Assembly (NCBI GenBank): GCA_964016885.1
Contig: OZ024748.1
Location: 55,242,001-55,306,000, forward strand
Length of the DNA: 64,000 nucleotides
Direction of reading: 5' to 3'
Source of the DNA: Eledone cirrhosa
Lineage: Eukaryota
The position numbers were made by a program, and so were the translations under genes. Below the pieces are notes generated by a model that worked only from the letters and a program-made list of their open reading frames with translations, was not told the origin of the DNA and ran no database searches. Numbering within the stretch: the first letter of the stretch is position 1; every line of letters starts with the position of its first letter. Shown here one piece after another: positions 14,131 to 29,177 of the stretch.

Positions 14131-15565
14131 TCTCAGTATGTATGTATGTTCTTCTGGTTTTATAATTTCATAATGTTTTGCCAATAGAAATAGAGTCGGT
14201 TTCTAACATAGATACAATACTCTCTAATCAGAATTTACACAACATCAACTAGGTAGATATGTATGCATATCTGCATGCATGCATGTGTGTGCATGTTTGG
14301 ATGTTATTGTATGTGTGCATGTGCATATGCTTTGTATATGTACAAGTTTATATGCAGTTATTATATGCATACATACATACATGTATGTATGTATATATTA
14401 GTTTGGGTTTTTCAGAATATGTATTACATGCGATACTGGATGCCTTCGGCTGAAATTGTGATTTTAGCTTGATTAACAAGTCTGCAAAACAGATTACTGG
14501 TAGAGTCTGGTCTGCGACACAAATATGAATTTTCATCCAATCATCTGTGAAATGTACATGACTGATCTATAATCAATAAAATTTCATGCGAAACATCATG
14601 TTAAACTTTATGTGTGTCTGTGTGTACATATGCATGAATATATATCTGTGTGTTGTTGGCGGTCGTAAACATGAGGACTAAAAACATACCGAATTAGAGT
14701 TTAATAATATCTTTTATGGTACAATAATAAGTTTCGTTACTTTGGATTTTCACCTGCAACGTGAAAAATACAATAGCTCTTAATTACTAATAATTACACA
14801 TTTATTTGACCTGCTAATTACGAAGTTGTGCTGAAAACTTCATAGGTTGAGAATGAAGGAGTGATGCCAGCGCTGGAAAATCGTATATGCATTAATTTCA
14901 TCTCTTTGATTAATAATTCAATTGTTTCATTCCAGGACTATTTAGAAAATATACCTCATTTGGTCGTTCCATGATAATATCTTGGTCAGTTTCTGAACAT
15001 TTCAGCTATCCCTCGTATAGCAGCCATGCTATTCCAGCTAATCAACCTGGATATTGCTGCTAGAAGTGCATTTTATTATAAGCTTGCTTGATCAAAGCGG
15101 TGCTGGAGCTAAACAACAACGACATTCATGTATGGTTTAATTGGTGATATCTAAATCAGTAGTTGAACAAATATGCTGAGAAGGTTATCTCTTCCTCAGA
15201 AATCAAATTAAATTCGTTGCCTGCTGAGTCTTGTCAACCGTACGTAGCAGGAAAAGCGATATATTATCCATTGACTAGTATAGTTTTCTCATTATAGCAT
15301 AGATAGTTCCAGTTAGATTTTGATTAAAACACCAATTTGCCAGCTTCTATCATAAACTCTTTATTAATATTAGTTGTATCTGAAATGTAGACAGCGCCAA
15401 CTAAAAGGAAAACAAAATGTATTCGCAAATATAATCAAAGTCCAGTTCAATGTAACCATAACAATGACGCTCATTTATTGTACAAATAGAATGAGTGAGG
15501 TGTGTGTTAGTTGATTTTCCTTCAAATAATCACATTTTAGTAGTTTTAACGTCAAGTTTATTTTG

Positions 15566-15625
<60 letters not shown>

Positions 15626-17051
15626 TGTATAATCGAGATCGTTATTAAGTTGTTCTGTCACCATTTTCTTCTCTTTTATGGCTTAGTCAGAATAGAAAGG
15701 ACTACGCCCATTAAGTTTCAACTGTTGCTGCCTCTTCTACATTTTTCCTTTATTGCTGCCATACACATTAAATAAGTGGGTGCTTACATACTTCATTAAA
15801 ATTACTTTTTTTTAGCGATGAGAATAATCATTATCACAATGACAATATCTGGTCGAAAAAAAGAAAGCAAGAAAATTTAAATGTTGAATGCAATGTGAGA
15901 TTTGAGAGTGAAATTTATGCTGAACATTACAAGGATAACTTCAGTCAGATTTTGGTCTTATTTGATTTCATTAGCGAAGCATTCTCTACCGATGACAACT
16001 GGGTCATAGAATGACTAAAATTGATAGATATATCCAAGGGCATTACTGGTACTTTATTTTAACCGCCCCGAAAGGATGAAAGGTAACGTTAACCTTGGCG
16101 GGATTTGAACTCAGACCGTGTCCTTAATAATGGTTTCTTGATTAGATACAGTCAGCAATTTTAGGGGAAGGTAAACGCCAAATACAACAAAACAGGTGCA
16201 AGTTGAAGCTTTATTTTCGTGATCCTGGAAGAATGGAAGGTAACGTAAGTCTCTGTAGCACTCGAACTTAGATATTAGGGAGTCTGACAGTTACAGCAAG
16301 TATTTTTGTCCAACACCCTAACCTATACTACCAGGCGGTGACATCACTAATGTTTTTGCTGCTCCTGTTGTTGTCGTTATTTTTGTTCGTTCAATGTGCT
16401 TCATGCCATGGCCATGTTATTAACTAAAGAATGTTGGATAATGTCGCGCTAGACATATTACTGAATGAAATGAGAAACTCTTGTTACGATGTTCTGGTAG
16501 TTTCCTGCTAGCCTGTGTAGTGTGCATATTGATATTATATGCCAATATATATGCATGTAGATATGATACGTCAAATACAATCGTAATTGACAATATGCAG
16601 AGGAATTGAAAAGACTGTGTTACATTCTCTTCTGTAATCAGTAAAGTAATCCATGATACATTTATAAAAGACGATAATATATAAAAACTGCATTATGGTG
16701 AAACGTAATGAAAACAAAAAAATAAGAAAATTACCGACAGAAATATAATCCTTATATAAAGATGCAAATTTACGAAATGCATTTACAAAAGCGATATAAT
16801 ATAGCGTCCATTATATCATAACCGGAAGTATTGACATTTGAAAATTTTAAAAGAATTGAATCTTAAAATAAACAATACATTATATATAAGAATATTTATG
16901 TTTAATTAACAGCTACGAAATTTAGTACATAAATTATGTAATATTCACTCATTATTTATTCAAAGTAATCTAACTTATTTTACTAACAGGATAAACAAAA
17001 TATATTCAAGACGCAGTCCCGCACTCCTCCCTTTATTATATTAAGATGTAT

Positions 17052-17173
17052 GGTCTGAGTTCAAATCCCGCCGAGGTTACCTTTGCCTTTCATCCTTACA
17101 GGGTCGATAAAATAAAGTATCAGTAATACACTGAGATAATTGCTGGCCTTATGCCAACAGTAGAAACAATTAT
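17052..17173 (+). mobile_element. SINE family 1, 5'-truncated
   Basis: Same core and tail. Confidence 0.75.
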
Positions 17174-17589
17174 ATTAAGATTACCTTAATGATAGTCACT
17201 GTAGATAGTCTGTCCCCTGAACCGTTAAAAATGGCAGACAAATATTTTCAGATATTGTGTAACCCAGACAAAAATCTGAAACACTTTAGGACAGTGAGGT
17301 GTATGACTTGAAAGAGATTTGGCTGTTAGTCTTTGCAGGTCAAGTGTCTATGTAAAGACTTTATCTTCGTCACAATGTTTTCTTGTTGTCGTTGTTTTTG
17401 TTCTCTTCTTATTTTAGCTGCTGTTGATTTCTATTTCCCGTTCTTCATAACGATTCTCATATTTCAAACTTCCGGCTCATTTCAGGCTTTCTATACTTCA
17501 GAATTGAAGACCAACCTTTCTCGTTTTCTGCCTTTATTTTTTTCATTTTCAAAATAATGTAAACTAATAAGTACATCGGCATGGAACGA

Positions 17590-18335
17590 CAATACACATA
17601 TATACACACACATACACACACACATACACGTACACATACACATAGATACACACACATACACACACACATACACACATACACACATACACATAGATATACA
17701 CACATACACACACACATACATGTACACATACATACATATACATACACACATACGCATACACACATATACACACATACACACACCTACACACATACACACA
17801 CGCACACATGTTTCACATACACGCACACATACACACATACACGCACACATATACATATACACACACACACACACGCACACACGCACACACATACACTCAC
17901 ACGCACACATGTACACACATATACATACACATGACGTGTGTTCATATATTCATATTATACAAACTCACACATATACACAATACTAAATAAAACAGTGACA
18001 CCACACATACTCCCACATACACACACGCACATACACACATACATACACACACACATGGCATATGTGTGTGTGTGTTCATATATTCATAATATTATACAAA
18101 CTCACACAAGTACACTATACTACATAACACAGTGACACCACATATACCCACACACATACACACACACATACACACACATACACACCCACACATACACATA
18201 CACATACGCATGACATATGTGTGTGTGTGTGTTCATATATTCATAATATTATACAAACTCACACTTATACATTATACTACATAAAACAGTGACACCACAA
18301 ATACCTACACACACATACACATACCTACACACATC
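17590..18335. repeat. CA-rich tract with three higher-order units
   Basis: gtgtgttcatatattcat...acagtgacaccaca occurs three times. Confidence 0.85.
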
Positions 18336-18685
18336 CCCTTAACCATACCTCCTCCCCTTCACCATACCGCCTCCCACTACACCTCCCCTTCATTTATTAC
18401 GCCATGTTACCCGCCTTGTTCTTTATTACTTACACAATAAATATGTCAACAAGTTATTATTTGCTCAGCCTGTTTCAGCTGCTTTAGAATATATCTTTTG
18501 TTGCATAGTATTAGTAAAAACCAACGAGAGGTCATGTATTCCGTGGCTAGAAATAACAGCCAGGTACTACCAAAATACATTGTATTGTCTTAAAAACGGA
18601 AGGACAGTGTATAATATAGATCACGATACCTCATATCCTAATACAAAATAGAAAACAATATGGACCCCATTTTGACGCCATTGGT

Positions 18686-18868
18686 TGGATTGGCAGTATC
18701 GGTAGAGGGTCGGACGCCATGCTTTCCAGCGTAGTTACGTCCCTTTGCGGTCTGAGTTCAAATCCCGCCGAGGTTAACTTTGCCTTTCATCCTTACGGGG
18801 TCGATAAAATAAAGTACCAGTAATGCACTGGGTTATTGCTGGCCTTGTGCCAAAAGTAGAAACAATTA
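18686..18868 (+). mobile_element. SINE family 1, full length
   Basis: tggcagtatcggtag A box, gagttcaaatccc B box, core and tail. Confidence 0.82.
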
Positions 18869-19080
18869 TGTCTGCTATAGAATATATTGGATTATGTAGT
18901 AATAGATGACAGACAACAAGAGGGGATGGTCACGGCTGAGAAGCCTTTGGTGAGAGGTTTTCTAGGTAGTTGCTGACCTAGGGCTAAATACTATTGGCAT
19001 TAACTGTTTTTTATCCTGCTTCAGATGCTTACCTGTCTATTACATTGTACCCATTAGGTGATGTGTGCCCATACACACAC

Positions 19081-19117
<37 letters not shown>

Positions 19118-19920
19118 AGTATACATACAAATATATGTATATGTATGTATGCATGCCTGTATATATATATACACATATTCATGTGTGTATGTAAGTATAT
19201 ATACATGTATATATATGTGTGTGTGTGTTTATATTTATGTATATCTATATATATATATGTATATATTTATGTATATATATATATGTATAAATGTATATGT
19301 ATGTATATATACACGTATGTATAAAATCCATCTGTTTATCTGTCAATCTTACTACTCAGCCCTCTTCATATAGTTTTTTCCCCACCATATGTATGATGTA
19401 TATGTACGAATACTATGTTGCATATATGTGTTAGTTGTATGAATGAATATTCGTATACATGTACGCGTATATATGTATGTATATACGGCCATGTTAGAGA
19501 CTTTGTAAGTATATATACACAGGACTATTTTGGGATCTTTGACAACATTTCTAACGTATGGTATTAATTAAATAACTCATCAATCATTGTAGATGTATGG
19601 TGAAATATATGCTAGGAGTAGTTTCTATTTGCCTTCCAGCCCAGCTCCCGCAAGGAGGGGGTAAATACCTCATTCCTAACATTTCCTTCGTTATCCAACC
19701 AATCCTTTAGAGAATGTAACTTCTTTGGGCAATGCAACGTTGGGTTTTGTCGCCCTCTTCGTTTTGGGTACGGAAAGGCAAACACATTTGTATACACACA
19801 TATATATATATACAAGATATATATATTATATATAGACATACATGTATGTATATCTAAATATCTATCTTTCCCCCTCTCTCTCTCTTTATATATACATATA
19901 TATACACATATATAAATATA

Positions 19921-20124
19921 TATTTATTAAAATAACAGATTAAAGTTTAAGCAAAGAATTGTTGCTTTCACCCTTAACGCGACCTTAAAGTTGAAAGCAG
20001 CTATTCTTTGCTTAAAATTTAATCTTTTATTTTAATAGATATTTGCTCTAGGGTTCTTATATATTTGATATATTTTTATCCTTATCGAGCCCTCCCTGGA
20101 TTTTAGTCTCCGCATTTATTATGT

Positions 20125-20125
<1 letters not shown>
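19921..20125 (+). mobile_element. Fold-back insert
   Basis: Imperfect arms around an apex near 19980, followed by GAAAGCAGCTA; TA-flanked. Confidence 0.55.
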
Positions 20126-20186
<61 letters not shown>

Positions 20187-20231
20187 ATAGGAAACGGAGA
20201 ATCAGTGGTGTGAAGAATCAAATTTAATAGA

Positions 20232-20322
20232 CACATTACAAACGTTTCTCTGGCGACCAGTTCGAGGCACGATCGATGCAATGATCGAACCTCACTCTGA
20301 AATCGTAAGATCCTCAGATACG
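20232..20322 (-). ncRNA. Hammerhead-like motif with extended helix II, in a TA-flanked insert (20184-20348)
   Basis: Minus strand reads cgtat-CTGAGGA-tct...aga-GAAAC-gttt-GTA-atgtg. Confidence 0.6.
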
Positions 20323-20343
20323 TCTCGATTCTTCGAAGCAGAG

Positions 20344-20386
<43 letters not shown>

Positions 20387-20387
<1 letters not shown>

Positions 20388-20575
20388 CGGAGGTGTTGTG
20401 GTAAGGAACCAGAGGAACCATAAGGCAGCAGAGTACTCAATACTTAGGATGGTAGAGTGGGTAATAATAGAAAGTATGACCACGACGGCGAAGCTCAAGC
20501 CGTTTCGACGGCTATTTAGTGCAGAAATAGCCGTCGAAACGGCTTGAGCTCTGCCGTCAGGGTCATACTTTCTCC
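20387..20575 (-). mobile_element. Fold-back PLE-like terminus, family A (diverged)
   Basis: Same layout and apex as the 13236 copy; TA-flanked. Confidence 0.65.
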
Positions 20576-20928
20576 TATATATATATATATATATATTTAT
20601 ATTATATATATTATATATATATTATATATATATATATATTATATATATAATATATATATATAACATATATATATATAATATTTATATATATATTATATAT
20701 ATAATATATATATATTATATATATATATAATATATATATATATATTATATATATATATATTTATTGTATATATATATTTATAATATATATATATATATAT
20801 ATATTTATAATATATATATATAATATTTATAATATATATATATAATATTTATATATATATATATATATAATATATATATATATATATTTATAATATATAT
20901 ATATAATATTTATAATATATATATATAA

Positions 20929-20965
<37 letters not shown>

Positions 20966-21017
20966 TATATATATATATATATATATAATATTTATATATA
21001 TATATATATATAATATT

Positions 21018-21108
<91 letters not shown>

Positions 21109-21138
21109 TATATATATAATATATATATATATATATAA

Positions 21139-21360
21139 TTCGTTTCTGAATTTGTTTAGCAAGATTCTTTATCTGAAATCGTGTGTTGAACCCGATATTG
21201 TTATACTTTGGGAGGGTCATGTTGCCAATATGAAACACACGCACCAGTTGCTTTCACTTCAATTTATTATATATTTATAAATTTATAATAAATTGAAGTG
21301 AAAGCAACTGGTGCGTGTGTTTCTTATTGGCAACATGACCCTCCCAAAGTATAACAATAT
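21139..21360. mobile_element. Fold-back insert, family B
   Basis: About 75-bp inverted arms inside a long TA tract. Confidence 0.65.
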
Positions 21361-21435
21361 ATATATAATACATTATATATATATATAATATATATATATA
21401 TATTTATAATATATATATATAATATATATATATAT

Positions 21436-21613
21436 AATTGTTTCTATTTTTGGCACAAGGCCAGCAATTACCTAGTACATTACTGGTACTTTATTTTATC
21501 GACCCCGTAAGGATGAAAGGCAAAGTTAACCTCGACGAGATTTGAACTCAATCCGTAAAGGGACGTAACTATGCTAGAAAGCATGGCGTCCAACCCTCTA
21601 CTGATACTGCCAA
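21436..21613 (-). mobile_element. SINE family 1
   Basis: Reverse complement of the 18686 copy, inside a TA tract. Confidence 0.8.
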
Positions 21614-21669
21614 TACATTGTATATATATATAATATATTATATATATAATATATATATATATATTTATA

Positions 21670-21703
<34 letters not shown>

Positions 21704-21726
21704 ATATATATATATATATATTTATA

Positions 21727-21759
<33 letters not shown>

Positions 21760-22126
21760 ATAATATATATATATATTTATAATATATATATATATTTATA
21801 ATATATATATATAATATATATATTATATATATATAATATATATTATATATATATATTATATATATATATTATATATATATATATATTATATATATATATA
21901 TAATATATATATATATATATTATATATATATATATAATACATATATATATATTATATATATATATATTATATATATATAATATATATATATTATAATTAT
22001 ATATATATATAATATATATTATATATATATAATATATATATATTATAATTATATATATAATATATATATATATAATTATAATATATATATATAATATATA
22101 TATATATAATTATAATATATATATAT

Positions 22127-22157
<31 letters not shown>

Positions 22158-22356
22158 ATATATATATATATATATTATATATATATAATATATATTATAT
22201 ATATAATATATATATATATATTTATAATATATATATATATATTTATAATATATATCATATATATATTATATATTTATAATATATATATATATATTTATAA
22301 TATATATCATATATATATTATATATATATAATATATATATATATTTATAATATATA

Positions 22357-23100
22357 TCTATAATATATAAAACTGAGGATGTCTGTTTGTGTATGTGTGA
22401 GTTTGAATCCCTAAAATCCCTAGAGAAGCACCTGACCGACTGTTTTCAAACTTTACACATGTAATACTTATGTTTCAAGGAATGTTCTGATAAAAAAAAT
22501 TTAAAATTTTCCCTGCCCTAGGGATCTCATTAGGCGATTTAACGATCTCTCTCTATAATTCTTAGTCTTTCTCTTTTTAGATAGATACATACATATAACG
22601 TCGCGCCCTTATAATATATGCCTGTATGTCTGTCTGTCTGCATTACGTCACTTCCATGAGGATGTGTGTGTGTCTGTGAGTTTGAATCCCTAAAACTCGA
22701 GAAGTACCCAACCGATTCTTTTCAAACTTTACATGCGTATTACTTATGTTTCAGGGAGTGTTATGCACATAAAACGATTCAATTTTGTGATCTCCTAGGG
22801 CCCGCATTAGGTGAAAAACTGCGTTTTTTTCAGGTTTTTAAGGGTTATTTGAGGCGTTACGTCAGACCGATTTCCTTGAAATTGTAACTATGTATTAGTC
22901 AGTCTCTTCTTCATACTATGAGCAAAGAAATCCAACTTTTTTATGGCCTAGCATTAGGTGAACAACTTCATCTTTTTTCTGCTTTTTAGGGCTTTTTGGA
23001 GGCGTTACGTTTAGCCGGTTTTCCCGAAATTTCAAGACATATTATGCACATAAAAAAAAATTATTTCATGATCCCTAGGGCCCGCATTAAGGTAAAACCT
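22357..23100 (+). mobile_element. Probable Helitron-type non-autonomous repeat with an internal duplication
   Basis: Starts tctataatatataaaactgaggatgtctgt; the block gagtttgaatccctaaa...ttttcaaactttaca occurs at about 22399 and 22678. No 3' CTAG hairpin located. Confidence 0.45.
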
Positions 23101-23389
23101 GCATATCTCCTGCTTCATCGAGGAAAATCTTAAAGATTATCCAGCCGTGATCAACCTGTTTTCTTTACTATTTCACCTAAAGAGTAAAGAAATCCTTCGG
23201 TCACTAATGACCCTGGAATTTAAACCTAGCAAGTTCCCTTCCGAGGTACAAGTCTGGGAAAGGTCGTTTCTAGAAGCCCAGCATACCAGTCTCCCCTTTT
23301 TATCCCACCGCTGTTGTCCAAGGGAAAGGCAATGGATAATACAACTTGGCACTAGTGACGTAGCCACTCATTTCTACACCTATGTAAAA

Positions 23390-23621
23390 TAATTGTTTCT
23401 ACTTTTGGCACAAGGCCAGCAATTACCCTGTACCTTACTGGTACTTTCTTTTATCGACCCTGTAAGGATGAAAAGTAAAGTTAACCTCGACGGGATTTGA
23501 ACTCAGACCGTAAAATAATACGACTTACCTAAGGACACAACGTATTATCTGGTCCGGGAATCAAACGCATTAACCCAGGATTGCAATCCCAACGCTGTAA
23601 CCACTAAATCATGCGCCTTCA
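23390..23621 (-). mobile_element. SINE family 1 fragment adjacent to a family 2 head
   Basis: Core at 23390-23513; taaccactaaatcatgcgccttc head at about 23520-23621. Confidence 0.65.
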
Positions 23622-25078
23622 CAGAGTATAGCATGTATTTTACTATATAATGTATCATTCGTTAGTTAAAATGTTAAGGTAACTTTTAATGGAGATTTGA
23701 TCGCTATTTCTGACAAAACAACCAATTACGTAGATAATGTCTCGTCTGATTGTGCCTTTATATGATGATGATGGTATTTAACTCCAGGTAAAATACACTC
23801 GATCCGTGACCAACCTGTCTGTTAAATGGTATGTAGCTCTTTATATATCGGTAACCGTGCCGCTTATAAAAACAACTAACTAACCTTTATAAGTGGCACA
23901 TTGTAATGAAAATATTTCTATATAAAACAAGATGGCTGTGTGTCTGTCTGTAATTCCTCTCTTTTTACATATCTATTGGGCTTCTAATTCTCTTTTCTTA
24001 TACTTATGTGATATTACCTTATTTTTAATGGTACAGTGTGATTTGAGATATATATCGTTGCTATATCTAGCAATTCGAAAAACAAGGTAAACGCTAGAAC
24101 ATTTGTTCATGAAGTTGATAAAGAATGCTAGTCATTGTTTTCAAATTAGGTTAATTAATAACGAAGATTACTTTCTGATAAGAAATACAGGTAGTTTGTT
24201 CATTGTTCACCGGGTTAAATAAAAAGTAATGTATTGTACAGAAAAAAGATTGAGAAATAGTTTAACATATAAGATAATGCTCGCTTAGAAAAGGTAAAAC
24301 GTATGTACACCTACATCTATAATTATTATCACATAAATTAACATACACACATATATATATATATATATATGAGAGAGAGATGCGTGTGAATGGATACAAA
24401 CATATACACATGCATATATATATATGCACACACACACATATATATGTCTTTGTTTTTGTGCGTATGTAAATGTGTTCTAAATACATACATTTACTTATAG
24501 GTATCTCAATATAAGCTGAGCTATATTCTCTATACCGTGCCGCTTGTAAAACAAATTAACTAACATTCTACAAGTGCCACGTTGTAAAGAAAATTTCTCT
24601 ATATAAAACATAACTGTGTCTCTGTTATTAATCTCTTTCTATGTGTCTACTTGACTTTCTTTCTAATTCTCCCTCTCTACCTCTGTCTCTGTGGATCGTT
24701 TTGTTATTTTATATCTATCTATTTCTAGGAATCCCTTTTCAGAAGGAGTATGTATTATACCCCAATAAAATATTTCTGTTTGACATTAAACAAGGTAGTA
24801 ACCTTAACGTATGTCTTATAATATTGTTATTATGAGGATGGTCTATTTTAAACATAGCGTATCTCATAATATCAGTATATGAAGACGGCAGATTGACAGA
24901 ATATTTAGCGTTGGACGAAATGTTTTTCAACATTTGCCTTCTAAGATCAAATCCCGTTATTTCGTCCTTCCAAGGTCGATAAAAGAAAGAACCCGTCAGC
25001 TAAAAGGTCAACTTCCTCGAGCTACCCTCCCCCATTACATTCCCACCCTCGTCTAAATTAGAAATCTTTATTCAGTAA

Positions 25079-25149
<71 letters not shown>

Positions 25150-25151
<2 letters not shown>

Positions 25152-25615
25152 TATTTTGAGTTAGAAACTCAAAATAGTCTTTTACAATTAACTAGTTCAA
25201 GGAAGGGAATCTTTCCGAGCCGTGTAATACAAATGAATATATGAGAGTGATGAACACCGATACAAGTATACATGTGTTCGAATTGCAAATAACCAAGTTA
25301 GCTAGGTTGAAAACATACTAATTTAAAACAATATGGTTTGCCTATCTTGATTTAAAGCAATAAACCAATAAAAATAACAAACCTATATTGGGCAACCGCC
25401 GTTTGATACCGGGATAGATCTAAATCTGTTTCGCAACAATTATTAAGTGAAAGCCACCATTCCTGTGCTCTTCTGCTGGTATCCAGGAAATTCGTAACTT
25501 TCACTTCAAAAGATCTAAGAATTAGTATTTTTTCAACCTAGCGAACTTGGTCATTTGCAATTCGAACACATGTATACTTGTATCGGTGTTCATCCCTCTC
25601 ATATATTCAATTGTA
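25150..25615. mobile_element. Inverted-arm insert
   Basis: Arms at about 25227-25323 and 25520-25615 with a spacer of about 200 bp; TA-flanked. Confidence 0.6.
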
Positions 25616-25649
25616 TATGTATATATATATATATGTGTATGTGTATGTG

Positions 25650-25680
<31 letters not shown>

Positions 25681-25756
25681 ATATATGTGTGTGTATATAT
25701 GTGTGTGTGTGTGTGTATATATATGTGTGTGTGTGTATATATATATGTATATATAT

Positions 25757-26070
25757 AAATGTAATCTGAATTTTTCGAATATTAATAATAATATTCGATT
25801 CATTTGCCATTATGTAAACAGCCCCTTTTAAGTCATGACAATAGAATGACTCCGTCATTCTTGCTCTAGTGTTGGCATGTGAACATATCTGCATTTCTGT
25901 TTACATGCCAACGCAAGAGCAACAATGAAGGGTCATTCTATTGACATGACTTTAAAGGGGCTGTTTACATAATGGCAAATCGAATATTATTAATATTAGA
26001 AAAACTCAGATTACATTTATTATATTCAGCCTGTCATGTGATAAACTACATGTTAGTTACATATATTCTG
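25757..26070. mobile_element. Fold-back insert
   Basis: About 120-bp imperfect arms (25757-25880 / 25902-26020). Confidence 0.62.
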
Positions 26071-26559
26071 TTTTAAATATGTAACAGCAAGGGAGAGGAC
26101 ACACGTACACACACAATAATCCCGTAAATTAACAACTACACTAACCCACAAAGTAACTAATGCGCCACCTGCACATTATTTGATGTATACTTTTACACAA
26201 TATGCTAACCCAGTGCAATGTGAAGTTTCTCAATAAAACCAGGCCAGCATGTTTAGCTCTAAAATCCATCAATGTACAAGAGATCGATATTATAAGATTA
26301 AATAAATTCTACATGGATATTCAATTAAATTTATGAAGCACAAAAGAAACCTTAATGTCTCAGGAGACGAACAGCACATGATTTTGTTTGTGACATACAC
26401 AGTTTATTTTATTATTACGTATTATTTTATTATTACGTAGACGTTATATAGATTTATAGACAGATAAACGAATAGTTATCCATGTAGAAAGTATATATAC
26501 ATATATGTAGATATATGTAGGTTGAAAATCCAACGAATTTCAGAGCTCGACGTAAGCGT

Positions 26560-26601
<42 letters not shown>

Positions 26602-26957
26602 GCCGATTGTGCATTGTTGCATAATATAGGCAGACGGATGGTGAAGTGCACCTTACTGCTGCATTAGTGCGGCCGAAACTCGAGTTCGGGAACTATTATA
26701 GGCAACCGTTTTACGTGTGTTGTATTGAAGCAAATAACTATGTGTATATTCTGGGAATGTATCTTACATTACCCATTGAGTACGCTGAGATACAACCGGT
26801 ACTGGCATGGATAAATATGCTGGGTCCGTCAACTCATTATTATTATATATATATATATATGTACAGTGCCATTCCTGTTTTTGTTATTTCTGTCTGTCTA
26901 CCTTTTACATACATATATTTATGTATGTATATATATATGTATATGTGTATATTTATG

Positions 26958-27562
26958 TCAGGTCACCAGTTGGTGCTACTGGTAAGATGTATCCCAGTAC
27001 AACCTGTCTCATGGTCGGGTCGTTGGCGACTAAACTGGCAACCCCACCAAGGTTTCTTGGTGAGGAGGTTGACTTTGGACATCCTGCAGGACTAAAAACA
27101 AAACCTGTCAAAGGGCAAAGGAGCTCCTAAGAGTCAATGGCCATCCAAAATCACCGGGAGAGATGACCCCTTAGCCTTTGTCAAGGCAGAATTCTAGGAG
27201 AAGGAAAACTCTGATATAACACCTGCAACCCTGATGGCATCCAATGATGTTGACTTGTTCTTCTTTTTGGTAAATATCATCTTGGTGAAGAGAGTGGGAC
27301 TGGCTTTGTGCAGTGCCTTTGCTCACTATAAAAGCTTCACAGCACAGGCATTGCTTTATATCTGGAGATCTCTCTGCACTTGTCGTCACATGGTACCATG
27401 GGCCCAGCCCTGTGTCAATAATTGTCACAAATGTAGTGTTTGTACAAGAGCTTTCAAGTCGCTGGCTGGACTAAAAAGTCACACTCGTTCAGCGCATCGG
27501 TAGGGTTCTCCTACATGGATATAAAGTAGTGGCCGTACACGAAAACGAGTTGGCAGTCACCA
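26958..27562 (+). mobile_element. Internally deleted RTE-type non-LTR element (5' UTR plus 3' end)
   Basis: Ends with the C2H2-like CSVCTRAFKSLAGLKSHTRSAH* and an ATGT-rich tail; second copy at 51120. Confidence 0.65.
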
Positions 27563-27907
27563 TATGTGTATATATATATGCATGTATATATGTACATATA
27601 TATGTATGTGTATACATGAATGTATATATTATGTGCAAACATGTATATATATTTGTATGTCTATGCAGGTATGTACATATGAGTATCTATACATGTATCT
27701 ACATATGTATATATATATATATATGTTCATACATGTATTTACATACGTATGTGGATATGTATATATGTATCTCTCTCTCTCTCTCTCTCTCTCTGCCCCT
27801 CTCTCTCTCTTTCTTCTCTCTCTCTTTCTTCTCTTTCTCTCTCTCTCTCTTGCTCTTTCTTCTCTCTCTCTCTTTCTCTCTCTCTCTCTCCTCGCTCTTT
27901 CTCTCCC

Positions 27908-27992
<85 letters not shown>

Positions 27993-28811
27993 CTATATCT
28001 ATATAAAGGTATATATATATATATATATATATCCCTCTTTATATATGTATATATATATAGCTCTTGTGACCTCAGCCTCCATGAAATTAACCATTGCTCT
28101 CAGATACCTCTAACGTACAATAGAAGAATCAATCAACTCAAATGTTGCAAGCACACTGGGGATCATTAAAGTCGCTCCAAGATGTCAAATGCCTTAAATT
28201 GAGGAAATATTCGCTGGCTGACTCGTGCAATCTGGGAAGCCTGGGTCTCTAGAAAGACACCTAATCAATACCATTCGGCAGTGATGATCCCAATTTTTTT
28301 TCAAAAGGGGAGATTGGAGTGATTGTTCCAATTATTGAGGTATCTCCCGAAATATCTACCCACACACAGAAACATACACACACACAAAATGTACGTACAT
28401 CCATTATTTTTCTCATGGAAGAGACTATAATTTATTAGAAATAATACAATGTCGGGTTTTTTTTTTTATTAACATTCTAATCTAAAGACGACAACTAATT
28501 TCAGTATTTTTTAAATTATTAATAATTGACATGAGCAGGTCTCACATGAAGAAAGAAAGAAAGCAACAAGCTGTCAGGCATTTCCCACAGACTAAGAATA
28601 GGAAGTAATATAAAATGTCAATGTTAGATTAAATAAAAGACAATTTCTAATATATAATGTCATACATATTTCCTCATATCCGTCATTTCATAATTTTTCA
28701 ATATATATATATACCTACCCCTCTCTCCACATGTATATATATATATGTGTCTGTATATATGTATGTATGTATATATATATGTGTGTGTGTATATATATAT
28801 GTGTGTGTATA

Positions 28812-28852
<41 letters not shown>

Positions 28853-28899
28853 ATATATATGTGTGTGTATGTATATATATGTGTGTGTATATATATATA

Positions 28900-28931
<32 letters not shown>

Positions 28932-29177
28932 AATATATATATATATAGATATATGTATATGTGTATACGTATATATATATATATGTATATGTGTATACGT
29001 ATATATATATATATAATAGGATCCCACACCGCTTTGTCTCGAATTTTTGTGTTATTCTCTCTGACATATGATTCTTTTCTTGTTGATATACACACACACA
29101 CATACGAACACACGGGCAGATATACGCAAGCATACACACACACATACACATACATACATACATACATACATAAATAT

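Larger units (their letters stand above)
20576..22360. repeat. Long imperfect (TA)n tract hosting inserts
   Basis: Read directly. Confidence 0.95.
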
